Below, piece by piece: positions 24,993 to 35,369 of a stretch of DNA of 64,000 nt (the stretch's first letter is position 1; every line of letters begins with the position of its first letter). Below the pieces are notes generated by a model. It was not told where the DNA came from and ran no database searches. It worked only from the letters and a program-made list of their open reading frames with translations. The DNA is from a virus (taxonomy: Duplodnaviria; Heunggongvirae; Uroviricota; Caudoviricetes): IMG/VR virus record IMGVR_UViG_3300032050_000030; one strand, 5' to 3'. A program made the position numbers and the translations under genes.

Positions 24993-25401
24993 GCCAATAT
25001 CAATGTCTGTCAAGGATTTCCTGATTAGGAAATTGGCTGTTCAGCTGATGACCAGTGAGAAGACAATTGAGACTGTGGTAAATCACCAGTTCCAGTCTGC
25101 CAATATTGCTCTACAGGATAATGAGACAATAGAGATTAGTGGGTTTGGGAAGTTCTATTTTAATAAGAAGAAGGCTCAGAAGAAAATGGATAAGATGCTG
25201 AGTAAGGCTGCCTTGTTCGAGAAACAGACAAACAACCCAGAGCTGTCAGAGCAAAAGAGGAAGTCTGCTGCCAATAAGCTGGCTAATACATTAGTGGGAA
25301 TAGAAACGTTAAAACCAAAATTACATGCTGAATTTTGCACAGATTTACGAGGGGTGGAGGAACAAGTTGATTCCACCAGCTCATTTGAAGGAGCAGATTG
25401 A
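24985..25401 (+). CDS. HU/IHF-like DNA-binding protein
   Basis: 138 aa; MSVKDFLIRKLAVQLMTSEKTIETVVNHQFQSANIALQDNETIEISGFGKFYFNKKKAQ follows the HU pattern (...V.GFG.F.V..R.AR). Confidence 0.5.
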   Translation: MDKPISMSVKDFLIRKLAVQLMTSEKTIETVVNHQFQSANIALQDNETIEISGFGKFYFNKKKAQKKMDKMLSKAALFEKQTNNPELSEQKRKSAANKLANTLVGIETLKPKLHAEFCTDLRGVEEQVDSTSSFEGAD

Positions 25402-25420
25402 AGCTGTGGGTGGAGAAAGG

Positions 25421-25654
25421 ATGAAGATATGCGAGAAGTGTAGCTATCATTCTGAGAATAGAAAGAAGACAGGGAAATTCCATACATCAAGGCCAGATGT
25501 ACATTGCACAGCTTGTGGATGTACGCTTTCTGCCAAAACGGTGTGCCTCTCGTGTTCCTGTCCCCTGGAGAAATGGGGACCAGTGGTTTCAGAGAGCGAG
25601 GAAGAAGAAATAACAAAAGAATTTGAAGAAAATGAACAACCAAGTCAGGATTAG
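25421..25654 (+). CDS. small Cys-rich zinc-ribbon protein
   Basis: Start moved to MKICEKCSYH (track start 25325 overlaps the previous gene out of frame); 8 Cys in CxxC pairs. Confidence 0.35.
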   Translation: MKICEKCSYHSENRKKTGKFHTSRPDVHCTACGCTLSAKTVCLSCSCPLEKWGPVVSESEEEEITKEFEENEQPSQD

Positions 25655-25880
25655 AAAGGTGCATCTGCAGACACTTCTGGATATTCTGTCAGATTTGTTT
25701 GACAAGGGCGTGGATTTTGTGGATATTATAGGTACGCTTGATGATGAACAGGACTCCCTGGGTATTTCATTTTCCAAGGAGTATATGGCTGAGGAATATA
25801 TGGGTAATTTTGATAATATAGATATTCCCAACCAATTGAAAACCAATCTATCTGATGACGATTTAAACCAACTTATATGA
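25623..25880 (+). CDS. hypothetical acidic small protein
   Basis: 85 aa ORF. Confidence 0.35.
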   Translation: MKKMNNQVRIRKVHLQTLLDILSDLFDKGVDFVDIIGTLDDEQDSLGISFSKEYMAEEYMGNFDNIDIPNQLKTNLSDDDLNQLI

Positions 25881-26059
25881 ATCCTGTAGTGGAAGCATGG
25901 ATAGTTATTGAAAAGCTTGGAGCTCTTGTGGCTACCCCTGGAGTGTCTGAAGCTGTAAAAGAATCAGCAAACGAACAAATCAGAAAGCTGCTTGACGATG
26001 TTGTAGCTCCCAGCTTGACAGAGCTCGCTGCTAAAAGAGCTGGTTTGTTAATTAAATAG
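25877..26059 (+). CDS. hypothetical small protein
   Basis: 60 aa ORF, 4-nt overlap coupling. Confidence 0.3.
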   Translation: MNPVVEAWIVIEKLGALVATPGVSEAVKESANEQIRKLLDDVVAPSLTELAAKRAGLLIK

Positions 26060-26062
26060 AGG

Positions 26063-26347
26063 ATGAAAAGGAAACCAAATTACCACAAACAAATCATTTC
26101 TCTATTGGAGGAACTGATGAAAACCTACCCAGACTACAATCTGGGAAAGCATTTGTCAACAGCGTTGGATGGATATGGGGATATATGGGGATTGACAGAC
26201 AAAGAGTTTGTGTTTCTCCTTGGAAAGTATAAGACTAGAATGGAATTAGACATTCCCCATATAGCAGACAATGATGAGCTTGATCAAATAGTGAGAGAAG
26301 GAATGGATTTAGATAATTTATTTAAAGAAGAAGAAGATGACTATTGA
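26063..26347 (+). CDS. hypothetical small acidic protein
   Basis: 94 aa ORF. Confidence 0.4.
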   Translation: MKRKPNYHKQIISLLEELMKTYPDYNLGKHLSTALDGYGDIWGLTDKEFVFLLGKYKTRMELDIPHIADNDELDQIVREGMDLDNLFKEEEDDY

Positions 26348-26588
26348 AACCAAATTTGATGCTAAATATGCATCTGAACCAACTCAATCATTACAAGACT
26401 TTTTTGCTACATCTGATGGAACAATTGAAGAGGAAATAGCAATGCTCTCTCAATTGAGAGAACATTATATACAAAAAAGAAGGGAAGCTTACATTAAGAT
26501 GTATGCTCTAAAAGATGAGATAAGGGTGTTGGAAAGAAAACTAGAAGAATTTGGAGTGGAATTTCCTAGTAAAATTGATGACAAATAA
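26337..26588 (+). CDS. hypothetical small protein (coiled-coil)
   Basis: 83 aa ORF. Confidence 0.4.
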   Translation: MTIETKFDAKYASEPTQSLQDFFATSDGTIEEEIAMLSQLREHYIQKRREAYIKMYALKDEIRVLERKLEEFGVEFPSKIDDK

Positions 26589-26926
26589 TGGCAACAACTA
26601 TTAAGAAAACTACATATATTAATGCTGAACTGGATTGGGCTGAGGCACAACTTCAAAGTTGGAAGTCTTATGTAGATGCCAATCCCCTACATGAATTGAA
26701 GGATAGGATTGAGTGGAAACCTACAGCTAAGGGTGGGATGCTTCCCATGGTGATTGCTTCTATTGAGGCTCAGGGTAAGTTTATTCAGGAAACCATGAAG
26801 AACTATCTGGCCCTTCTTGAGGTGGTGGATAAGTTGAGAAAGATTGAAGAGGCTAAGGTGGAGGTGAGAGGGAATGGTGAGTTGAGCTCCATGGCTGAAG
26901 ATTTCCTTAAGAGCAGACGACAATGA
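26588..26926 (+). CDS. hypothetical protein; terminase small subunit candidate by position
   Basis: 112 aa; directly upstream of and overlapping the terminase large subunit gene by 4 nt. Confidence 0.3.
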   Translation: MATTIKKTTYINAELDWAEAQLQSWKSYVDANPLHELKDRIEWKPTAKGGMLPMVIASIEAQGKFIQETMKNYLALLEVVDKLRKIEEAKVEVRGNGELSSMAEDFLKSRRQ

Positions 26927-28947
26927 GTGAAATCCTATCTATAGATTACAAGGATTGGTTCATTAATCAAAAGCGCATCCCAGATAAAGAATCCTCAGAG
27001 TATAAACAATTCTTTAATTTCCACAGGGAGCTTTGCTTAAATGGAGCCATGATGAACGGGGTTTATATCAACCCCTTTTTGTATTGGCACCTGAACATCT
27101 GGCATACAGAGGTGGATGTTATAGATGAAAGGGGTAGAATTTCCCAGCAATATGCCAATCCTCTCTTACGTGATAATGAATGGATTGTAACAAATGAGAT
27201 TGATAGGGCTCAACAGGAGAAGAAGGGACTGGTGATATTGGGAATCAGACGTTTTGCCAAGTCTGTTTTGGAGGCAAGTTATATAGCATGGGGAGCCACA
27301 TTTGACGAAAACTCACAGAACATTATTGCTGGACTGAATGCTCCAGATATTAAGCTGATTACAGATAAGATAGATAAAGGTCTCAACTTCCTCCCTGAAG
27401 CGTGGAGGTGGCAAAGAATAGAGGACAACTGGAAAAACCAGGTGACACTCGGTATCAAAACCAAAGGAGGAGAAAGAATACCATTCTCTCAAATCCTGAT
27501 ACGTAACCTTGATGAAGGTAATAACGAAGAGGCTATTGCAGGTACAAAACCACGTAAACTAATTATTGATGAGATTGGTAAAGGAAATTTCCTTCGAGGT
27601 TTCCAGGCAGCTGTGCCTGGTTTCACCACACCTTATGGATGGGGTTGTAGCCCTATTCTTACAGGTACAGGCGGTGATATGAAGAGGTTTATGGATGCCA
27701 AGAGTCTCATGTTTGATGTAGATAATTTCAACTTTCTTACATATAATAATGAGAAGGATGATAAACGAGTGCACGGACTTTTCATCTCCTACAAGTATAG
27801 AATGGAGGCAAAAGAAGAAAGTACACTCGGTAAGTTTTTGAATGAGCCTGAGTCCAGTGACTTACACAACATTAAAATGTTGGTGAGTAACGAGGAAAAA
27901 GCAATGCAGATAACTACATCTAACCTTGAGCGTTTAAAGAAAGCTGGAGATAGAGTGGCCTATCTCAAGGAAAAGATGTACTATCCCATAGAGGTAGATG
28001 ATATATTCCTTAACGAGGACACTAATATATTTGATATTGAAGCTGCCAAGAGGCAAAAGATTAGAGTTCTTCAAAACGAGCGTGTTGGTACTCCTGTGGT
28101 TCTCTTCTCTGATGGAGAGAAGATAGCCCACGAGTTCACGGATAAACAACCGATTACCAACTTCCCTCTGAAGAACAGTGATCTGAAAGATGCACCTGTT
28201 GTCATCTATGAGTTTCCTATTTCCAATCCTCCGTATGGATTATATGTAGCTGGAGTGGACCCATACAGACAAGGTCAATCTGCATATAGCTCTTCCCTGG
28301 GTGCTGTGTATATTTACAAAAGAATGCATGACATTACAGGTGAGAAATATCAAGATATGTTCGTAGCTTCGTATGTCGCTAGACCAGATAAGAAGGAAAC
28401 CTGGGAAGAACAGGCAAGACTTCTCATCAAATATTATAACGCTAGGACACTTTGTGAGAATGATGACATATCATTTATAGAGTATATGAAGGCAAAAGGT
28501 GATGCTCATTATCTGGAAAAACAACCCCAATGGTTGATGGAAATTGTTCCAGGTAGCACAGTGAAGCGTGAATATGGTATTCATAGGAGCTCACAAAAAG
28601 TGATAGATTATCTCCACAACTGCTTGAAGAAGTATACAGAGGAGATTATTTATTCAGAGAAGGACGATGCTGGGAATGTGATAAAGGAAGCAACAGGAAT
28701 AACAAAGGTGTTTGACCCTGTGCTTTTGGAGGAAATTATACAATACAATGATCAGGGAAACTTTGACCGTATTGTAGCAGCAGAATTGGCAATAGCCCAG
28801 GCTCTCAAAATGGACCCCATTCTTGGGAAGGTAGGGGGATCAGGAGATGAAAGAATAAAAGCTTTCTTCTCATCTAAACCTAAAAGTACACTGTTCTCTG
28901 AATCAAGAGGACTATTTAATACAAGAAAAAGTAAACTCTTTACATAA
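26923..28947 (+). CDS. terL: terminase large subunit
   Basis: 674 aa; deviant Walker A GIRRFAKS, Walker B KLIIDEIGK, coupling motif ILTGTGG; C-terminal RNase-H-like nuclease acidic residues (LYVAGVDPYRQG, CENDD). Confidence 0.8.
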   Translation: MSEILSIDYKDWFINQKRIPDKESSEYKQFFNFHRELCLNGAMMNGVYINPFLYWHLNIWHTEVDVIDERGRISQQYANPLLRDNEWIVTNEIDRAQQEKKGLVILGIRRFAKSVLEASYIAWGATFDENSQNIIAGLNAPDIKLITDKIDKGLNFLPEAWRWQRIEDNWKNQVTLGIKTKGGERIPFSQILIRNLDEGNNEEAIAGTKPRKLIIDEIGKGNFLRGFQAAVPGFTTPYGWGCSPILTGTGGDMKRFMDAKSLMFDVDNFNFLTYNNEKDDKRVHGLFISYKYRMEAKEESTLGKFLNEPESSDLHNIKMLVSNEEKAMQITTSNLERLKKAGDRVAYLKEKMYYPIEVDDIFLNEDTNIFDIEAAKRQKIRVLQNERVGTPVVLFSDGEKIAHEFTDKQPITNFPLKNSDLKDAPVVIYEFPISNPPYGLYVAGVDPYRQGQSAYSSSLGAVYIYKRMHDITGEKYQDMFVASYVARPDKKETWEEQARLLIKYYNARTLCENDDISFIEYMKAKGDAHYLEKQPQWLMEIVPGSTVKREYGIHRSSQKVIDYLHNCLKKYTEEIIYSEKDDAGNVIKEATGITKVFDPVLLEEIIQYNDQGNFDRIVAAELAIAQALKMDPILGKVGGSGDERIKAFFSSKPKSTLFSESRGLFNTRKSKLFT

Positions 28948-31538
28948 TGGCAATTATTAGATATACGAAGGACGCAACGATTAGGTATGCCTATCTTAAT
29001 ATTTTCCCTGACCAGTTTAAAACTGACAAGGAGAAACAGGATGAGAGTTGGATTAAAAATACAATGGACTACTTTGCAAACAAGGCTTATGCTGAGTATG
29101 TGAAGAATAGAGATACGTTTGTAAAGAACTATGACTTGGTGAAGGGTATTCTCAGAATGGAAGACTTCTACCAAGAACCGCAAGTGAAGAGTTTTACAGA
29201 AATGCTCACAGCAGATCTTCAGCTCCCTGCGTATGTGAAGCACTATTCCATCATCACTACACCAATTAATGAGTTGGTTGGTGAAATATCTAAACGTCCT
29301 GATGCATTCAGGGTGAAAGCGTTTGATGATGATAGCCAGTCTGAAGAACTGGAATTCAAAACAGAACTGCTCCAAAACTATGTTATTTCTCAGGCAAAAC
29401 AACAGCTTGCTGAGAAATTGGCCATGTCTGGAGAGGAGATTGATGAAGAACAGCTCAATCAAATGACCCTTGATGATGTCAAGGATGAACTTGATTCATA
29501 CACATCTGTAGCAGAGAAATGGGCAAATCACGTACTCACATGCCAGAAAGCTGATTTCAACTTAAAAGAGAAGTCAGAAGATGCATTCAGGGATATGCTT
29601 ATATCTGCTCGTGAATACTACCACATCTATGAAGATAACTCAAAGATGGGGTATAATGTTGAGGTGGCCAATCCTAAAAACACTTGGTTCCTCACCACTC
29701 CTGACAGAAAATACATCTCTGACCCTACAGGTAGGGCACAGGGGGCATATGCTGCAGGCACCGTACAAGTGATGGAACTCTCTGAAATAATTGAGAGTAT
29801 TCCCGATCTTACAAAAGAAGAAATAGACCACCTCAGAAGTTCTCTCCAAGACTATGGACTGATTAATGTCCGTGAATCTAATCTAGGTAATCCTAATGTC
29901 AGTCCTGGTATTGACTCAGTTACCTATGATACATATGATCCACTAGTCCTTCAGACCCGTATGATTATCGAGAGTGAAATGAAGGAGAATAATGATGGTC
30001 TAAAAGATTTCCTTGGTCTTACCTCAAATGTTTCTTCTTTCGGTTACAAGTATGTGGTTGTGAGAGCATATTGGCTGAGCAAGAAGAAAATAGGTAAGCT
30101 CATCTACCTAGATGAATTGGGTAATGAACAGTCCACCTTGGTAGATGAAAATTACAAATCAGGCACTATTCCTACAGAACAATCTCTAGAATGGGGCTGG
30201 ATTAATCAATGGTATCAGGGCATCAAGATTGGTCCTGATATCTATCACATAAAACCATTTAAGCTCCTGAACTACTGTCCAATCATAGGTATCACCTATG
30301 AGGTGAAGAACACAGAAGCTAAATCATTGGTTGACTTGATGAAACCTTTCCAGGTGCTGTACAATGTTTGTATGAACCAGTTGTACAAGTTGCTTGAGAA
30401 AGAAGTGGGTAAGGTGTATCTGACATCCATCAGGCACGTTCCTATTCCTAAAGATGGAGATGCACAAGACGCTCTCGATATCTGGGAAATGGAAGCTAGG
30501 AACAGGGGTGTAGTATTTATTGATGACTCCCCTGAAAACTTGAAGAGCCCAAGTTCATTTAACCAATTTAGGGATATTGATCTCACGCGTACGCAGGAGA
30601 TACAATCTAGGTATCAACTGGCTATGCAACTTAAGAATGAGTGCTGGGAACTGATTGGTATGTCCAAGCAAAGACTTGGTTCTATACAAGCTAGTGAGTC
30701 CGCTACAGGTACAAATGCTGCTATCACTCAATCGTATGCTCAAACAGAACCTCTGTTTGTGGCACATGAGTATGTACTGGGTCAGTTATACCAAGCAATC
30801 ATTGACGCTTCCCTGTATATAGAATCTAAAAAACCACAATCCACCCTTTCATACATCACATCTGAGGGAGAATCTGCATTTGTACAGGTTAATGGTACAG
30901 ATTTGAAATTCCGTGATTTGAAGGTGTTCCTGACCAACAGACCTGAAGATAGGGAAATGTTTAGGGAAATCAGAGGATTGTCTCAGGCAGTTCTTCAGAA
31001 TGGTGGTTCTCTCCATGACATCATTGAACTCTACTCCACTAACTCACTGAGACAGATGAAGAAGGTGTTCAAGGATCTGAAGGAAAGACAAGAGCAATTG
31101 CAAGATCAGCAAATGCAAATGCAACAACAGCAGATGGAGCAACAACAACAAATTGCTCAGGCTCAGTTGGAGCAACAGCAATTGGCTAACGAACAGAAGA
31201 TTGCTAACGATAATTACCAAAAAGAACTAGATAGGATCAATAAAAAAGAGATTGCGGTTATTCAGGCTACAGGATTTGGTAGAGTGGAAAGTGAGGATAT
31301 TAATCAGAATGCTGTACCTGATGTTCTCGAAGTGAGTAAGTTTGCAAGTGAGGAAGCTAAAGCTGCCAAGGATTATCAAATGAAAATGAGTGAGTTACAA
31401 CTAAAACAGAAAGCTGAATCAGAGAAACTCAATCTTGAAAGAGAAAAACTTCAGGTGGCTAGAGAAAACCAAAAGAATGATTTGGAGATAGCAAAACTGA
31501 ATGCAAAGAATAGAGCACAGAAACCTAAATCTAAATGA
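28947..31538 (+). CDS. portal protein
   Basis: 863 aa; immediately downstream of terL (ATAATG overlap); Q-rich coiled-coil C-terminus; size typical of crAss-like portal proteins. Confidence 0.6.
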   Translation: MAIIRYTKDATIRYAYLNIFPDQFKTDKEKQDESWIKNTMDYFANKAYAEYVKNRDTFVKNYDLVKGILRMEDFYQEPQVKSFTEMLTADLQLPAYVKHYSIITTPINELVGEISKRPDAFRVKAFDDDSQSEELEFKTELLQNYVISQAKQQLAEKLAMSGEEIDEEQLNQMTLDDVKDELDSYTSVAEKWANHVLTCQKADFNLKEKSEDAFRDMLISAREYYHIYEDNSKMGYNVEVANPKNTWFLTTPDRKYISDPTGRAQGAYAAGTVQVMELSEIIESIPDLTKEEIDHLRSSLQDYGLINVRESNLGNPNVSPGIDSVTYDTYDPLVLQTRMIIESEMKENNDGLKDFLGLTSNVSSFGYKYVVVRAYWLSKKKIGKLIYLDELGNEQSTLVDENYKSGTIPTEQSLEWGWINQWYQGIKIGPDIYHIKPFKLLNYCPIIGITYEVKNTEAKSLVDLMKPFQVLYNVCMNQLYKLLEKEVGKVYLTSIRHVPIPKDGDAQDALDIWEMEARNRGVVFIDDSPENLKSPSSFNQFRDIDLTRTQEIQSRYQLAMQLKNECWELIGMSKQRLGSIQASESATGTNAAITQSYAQTEPLFVAHEYVLGQLYQAIIDASLYIESKKPQSTLSYITSEGESAFVQVNGTDLKFRDLKVFLTNRPEDREMFREIRGLSQAVLQNGGSLHDIIELYSTNSLRQMKKVFKDLKERQEQLQDQQMQMQQQQMEQQQQIAQAQLEQQQLANEQKIANDNYQKELDRINKKEIAVIQATGFGRVESEDINQNAVPDVLEVSKFASEEAKAAKDYQMKMSELQLKQKAESEKLNLEREKLQVARENQKNDLEIAKLNAKNRAQKPKSK

Positions 31539-31735
31539 TGCTAGAATTTAGAAATCCCATACCTGTCGTTGTTGAAGAATATAAAGATGGGTATGCGATT
31601 TATGTAACTAACTCTAGGGCATTTGAAAATGATGTGTGGTGTGTTGTTTTGTGTGATGGTGGGATTGTAAGACATTATACGTCAGATCAGATAAAAATAT
31701 ATGCAAACTCTACGTTTGACATAAGAAAAACTTAA
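31535..31735 (+). CDS. hypothetical small protein
   Basis: 66 aa ORF. Confidence 0.35.
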   Translation: MMLEFRNPIPVVVEEYKDGYAIYVTNSRAFENDVWCVVLCDGGIVRHYTSDQIKIYANSTFDIRKT

Positions 31736-31738
31736 ATA

Positions 31739-32269
31739 ATGTTTGATAAACTCATAGATGTAATAACAAACTGGTGGTCTCAGATTGTCCCTGCAGTGAT
31801 TGTTCCCAATTACGAACAGGGAGTTTTATTACGTAATGGCAAGTTTATCAAGGTGTTACAACCAGGGTTCCACGTGAAACTCCCTATATTTGATGAGGTG
31901 ATTACACAACATGTGGTGGTTACAACGCTCAGTTTGGCACCTCAATCTCTTTATACAAAAGATAAACAGAACATTGTTGTAAAGGGAGTGATTAAATATA
32001 GAATATCAGATGTGCAAACATTCCTGTTAGAAGTGTACGATGCTCAGGATGCACTTGCTGATATGACCCAATCAATCATCAAGAACATAATAATCACCAC
32101 TTCCCTGGAACAATGTCTAGATCCTGAAATAGACAACATTCTTTCCAAGAAGGTGAGAGTGGAAGCAAAGAAATGGGGAGTGGATGTTCAACAGGTAACA
32201 CTGACAGATATTGCTCCAATCAGAAGTTTTAGGATAATAAATGACTCGATTGTAAATAAACTTGATTAG
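31739..32269 (+). CDS. SPFH / band-7 (stomatin-prohibitin-HflK/C) domain protein, minimal
   Basis: 176 aa; collinear with the stomatin core: EQGVLLRNG (E.ERAIIFRLG), PGFHVKLP (GPGLFFILP), LYTKDKQNIVVKGVIKYRI (ILTKDSVTISVDGVVYYRV), KWGVDVQQVTLTDIAP (AWGIKVERVEIKDVKLP). Confidence 0.7.
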   Translation: MFDKLIDVITNWWSQIVPAVIVPNYEQGVLLRNGKFIKVLQPGFHVKLPIFDEVITQHVVVTTLSLAPQSLYTKDKQNIVVKGVIKYRISDVQTFLLEVYDAQDALADMTQSIIKNIIITTSLEQCLDPEIDNILSKKVRVEAKKWGVDVQQVTLTDIAPIRSFRIINDSIVNKLD

Positions 32270-32387
32270 AGTAAAAACTATTAATGCTATATTATCCCGA
32301 ATATTGGGCGTTATGTATAGTTAACTCTTTGTGATTTACCAAGTCTATCATACTTTTACATTGAAAACCAAGTAAATAGAACTACAT

Positions 32388-33644
32388 ATGGCCGAAAATT
32401 TTGATAATCCCCAGTTTGGGAATTTCAGTATTGAGAACACAATGGAGATGGGAATGGGTAATGCAGATCTATTAAACGATCTGATGGCACCTGAAACCGC
32501 CACAGGTTCTCCTGATGATATTAAGAATATCGCTGATGAACCAGCACCTGCTGCTCCAGCTAAGAAAGCTGCTGCTCCTGCTGCTGAAAAAGCTTCAGAA
32601 ACTGAAGAGAAAAAAGATCCTACAGCGGACATTCAAAGCTTCTTATATGGAGCTGATGAAGAGGAAGAGGAAGAAGAAACCACTCCTCAACCAGCAAAAA
32701 AAGAAGCACCCAAAGCTGAAGAAACTCCTTCTGATACAGAGGAAGAATCTGAAGAAGAACAAGTGAGTCAATTCACTGCTCTTTCCAGAGACCTATTTAA
32801 ACTAGGTGTTTTCTCAAAGGATGAGGATGAGGAAGATGTAAGCATCTCCACTCCTGAAGAATTCCTTGAGAGATTCAACATGGAGAAGAAGAAAGGAGCA
32901 ATTGAGGTGGTAAATAACTTCATTGGTCAATTTGGTGAAGATTATCAAAAGGCTTTTGATGCCATCTTTGTAAAAGGTGTTGATCCAAAAGACTATTTCG
33001 GTACATATAATCAAATACAAAGTTTTTCAGAAATAGACCTGTCACAAGAAACAAATCAAGTGGCAGTGATAAAACAAGCTCTCGCTGATCAGGGATTTGA
33101 ACCTGAAGATATAGAAACAGAGGTGGAGCGTCTGAAAAATTACGGTGATCTCGAAACTGTAGCAACCAAACATCATAAGGTGTTGGTTAAAAAAGAGACA
33201 GCCAAGCTGGCTCAAATGGAACAGGAAAGAGAGAAACAATTACAACAACAAGCTGCTGTTAAGCAACAATATTATAATAACGTTCAGACAATTTTGCAAG
33301 ATAAGCTCAAAACAAAAGAGTTTGACGGTATTCCAATTAATCCTAAGCTTGCTGGTGAACTACAAGATTTCCTTCTAGTTGATAAGTATAAAACAACTTC
33401 TGGTGAGACACTCACTGATTTTGACCGTACCATCCTAGAACTGAAGCGTCCTGAGAATCATGAAATGAAGGTGAAGGTTGCGCTCTTGCTCAAGATTCTT
33501 GAGAAAGATCCTACACTCTCCACGATTCAAAAGACTGGCATCACCAAAAAGTCAAATGATTTATTTGGAGAGGTTGCTAGACAGGCATCAAAATCTTCAG
33601 TGAAATCAAGTAAGCCAGCTAAGCCAACATCTTGGTTCATTTAA
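32388..33644 (+). CDS. scaffolding protein candidate (acidic, A/P/E/K-rich N-terminus, coiled-coil C-terminus)
   Basis: 418 aa; low-complexity PAPAAPAKKAAAPAAEKA...EEEEEE region, then helical/coiled-coil; directly upstream of the major capsid gene. Confidence 0.4.
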   Translation: MAENFDNPQFGNFSIENTMEMGMGNADLLNDLMAPETATGSPDDIKNIADEPAPAAPAKKAAAPAAEKASETEEKKDPTADIQSFLYGADEEEEEEETTPQPAKKEAPKAEETPSDTEEESEEEQVSQFTALSRDLFKLGVFSKDEDEEDVSISTPEEFLERFNMEKKKGAIEVVNNFIGQFGEDYQKAFDAIFVKGVDPKDYFGTYNQIQSFSEIDLSQETNQVAVIKQALADQGFEPEDIETEVERLKNYGDLETVATKHHKVLVKKETAKLAQMEQEREKQLQQQAAVKQQYYNNVQTILQDKLKTKEFDGIPINPKLAGELQDFLLVDKYKTTSGETLTDFDRTILELKRPENHEMKVKVALLLKILEKDPTLSTIQKTGITKKSNDLFGEVARQASKSSVKSSKPAKPTSWFI

Positions 33645-33677
33645 TTTCTTACAATAACTTAAAAAAAGGTAAAACAA

Positions 33678-35231
33678 ATGGCAATTCAAACAATCCCAGG
33701 TCTAACTGGTTTCACGTACGCTCGTGTAGCTTCTATGGACAAACGTGCCGTAGGTAAGCTCACTGATGCTAACCACCTGGAGAGCTTCCACTCAACTGAG
33801 CCTGCTGATTACGATAAGAAGATCATCAGCCTCTACACTCAAAGCTCTCTTTACAGCAACGACTTTTTGGACATGATTAACAAGTCCACTCCTTATTACA
33901 TCGACAATAACAGCGATGCATGGAAGTGGCAAGTTGCAGTTCCTTACAAGTTCCCCAAAATCATTGACATCCCTACAAGCACTGCTGAACTCAGCAAGCC
34001 TGGTATCGATGGTCAAGAGTTTCAACTTGTATTGGACACCAATGAGTTCTCTAAGAACGCTATCGTATCTGTAGGTTCTCGTCAGTATGGTCCTCGTTTT
34101 TATGTAATCAAAGATCCAGTTCCTTGGAACATGGGCTATCTTTATTCTTTCACTCTCGTTAGTGACAACCCAACAGTTGACTACGTGAGCTCTACCTTCC
34201 TGCAATACGGAATTGAGCTTGAGTTGGTTGATGCTGCTATCGGTGAATTCGATCAAGATCTTTTGGGTCTTCCTCGTTTGGGTGAGCAAATCACTATGTT
34301 CGAATCTCTTGGTTCTGCATATGGTTTTGAGCACAAAATCACTGAGTGGGCTGATGACAAAATGATGCGTGATGCTTCAGGTAAGCCTTTGGATATTCTG
34401 GTTTACGCTCCTCAGCGTAGGAACCAACTTCCTCTCACTCGCAACGATGTTAAATGGGAACCATTTATTGAGTTCTGGATGCGTAAGTCTATGCTTGAAC
34501 TGAAAGTTAAGCGTATGATTTGGAGCAAGCCTGGTACCGTTAAGACCAATGGTAGCAAGCAAGAACTGAAGCGTACTTCTGCTGGTGTTTATCACAGGAT
34601 GCGTAACAATGGTAACCTGGTTCAATACAACCGTGGTGAATTCTCTGCTAACTTGATCCGTTCTGTATTTGGTGATCTGTTCTACAGAAGGGTTGATGTT
34701 AAAGACCGTAGGGTTAAAATGTACACTAACGAAGCTGGTTTCGATGTATTCCAACAAGCTTTGAAGAATGACGCTCTTAACTCTGGTTTGACTTTCATGG
34801 CTGATTCTGGTAACAGGTATCTGCAAGGCGAAGGACAACACATCACTTACAACTTTGCATTCGATGCAATGGTTACTCGTGAGACTGGTCGTGTTGAGCT
34901 GATTCACCTGAAGGAACTTGACCTGCCTCAATCTAATCTTGAATTTGGTCAGAACAAGAAGTCCACTCCTGTATTCATGGTGTTTGACGTATCTCCAATG
35001 AGCGATGGTTCAATGGTGAACAACATCCGTGAGGTTAGGATGAAAGGTGCTCCTTCTATGACTTGGGGATATATTGATGGAACTCGCCACCACTTGGGCT
35101 TTGCTAAGTCTCAGGGTATGAGCTCTGCTAATAAGTTCCCTGGATATGAAATCTGGATGAAAGATCGTTGTGATGTGTTCATTGAAGATTTGTCTCGCAC
35201 AGTTCTGATCGAAGAGATTCCTCAGTTCTAA
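33678..35231 (+). CDS. major capsid protein (HK97-fold candidate)
   Basis: 517 aa; position after portal and scaffold; strong codon-usage bias (ggt, cgt, ctg, gct enriched) typical of the most highly expressed late gene; followed by a GC hairpin. Confidence 0.6.
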   Translation: MAIQTIPGLTGFTYARVASMDKRAVGKLTDANHLESFHSTEPADYDKKIISLYTQSSLYSNDFLDMINKSTPYYIDNNSDAWKWQVAVPYKFPKIIDIPTSTAELSKPGIDGQEFQLVLDTNEFSKNAIVSVGSRQYGPRFYVIKDPVPWNMGYLYSFTLVSDNPTVDYVSSTFLQYGIELELVDAAIGEFDQDLLGLPRLGEQITMFESLGSAYGFEHKITEWADDKMMRDASGKPLDILVYAPQRRNQLPLTRNDVKWEPFIEFWMRKSMLELKVKRMIWSKPGTVKTNGSKQELKRTSAGVYHRMRNNGNLVQYNRGEFSANLIRSVFGDLFYRRVDVKDRRVKMYTNEAGFDVFQQALKNDALNSGLTFMADSGNRYLQGEGQHITYNFAFDAMVTRETGRVELIHLKELDLPQSNLEFGQNKKSTPVFMVFDVSPMSDGSMVNNIREVRMKGAPSMTWGYIDGTRHHLGFAKSQGMSSANKFPGYEIWMKDRCDVFIEDLSRTVLIEEIPQF

Positions 35232-35243
35232 TAAACTAAGAGA

Positions 35244-35277
35244 AGAGCCCTCCTCCCCTCCTAATAAGGAGGGCTCT
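35244..35277 (+). terminator. GC-rich stem-loop after major capsid gene (agagccctcc ... ggagggctct)
   Basis: 10-bp perfect stem beginning with the recurrent AGAGCCC motif; no strong U-tract, so likely a partial terminator or RNA-stability element. Confidence 0.4.
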
Positions 35278-35369
35278 CTCAAACTACAGATGGATGATTT
35301 ACGCAAGTGCGTAAATGCATTCCCTTCGATGGGAACCATCTGCAAACAAACCAAGAAAATAAACTACAT

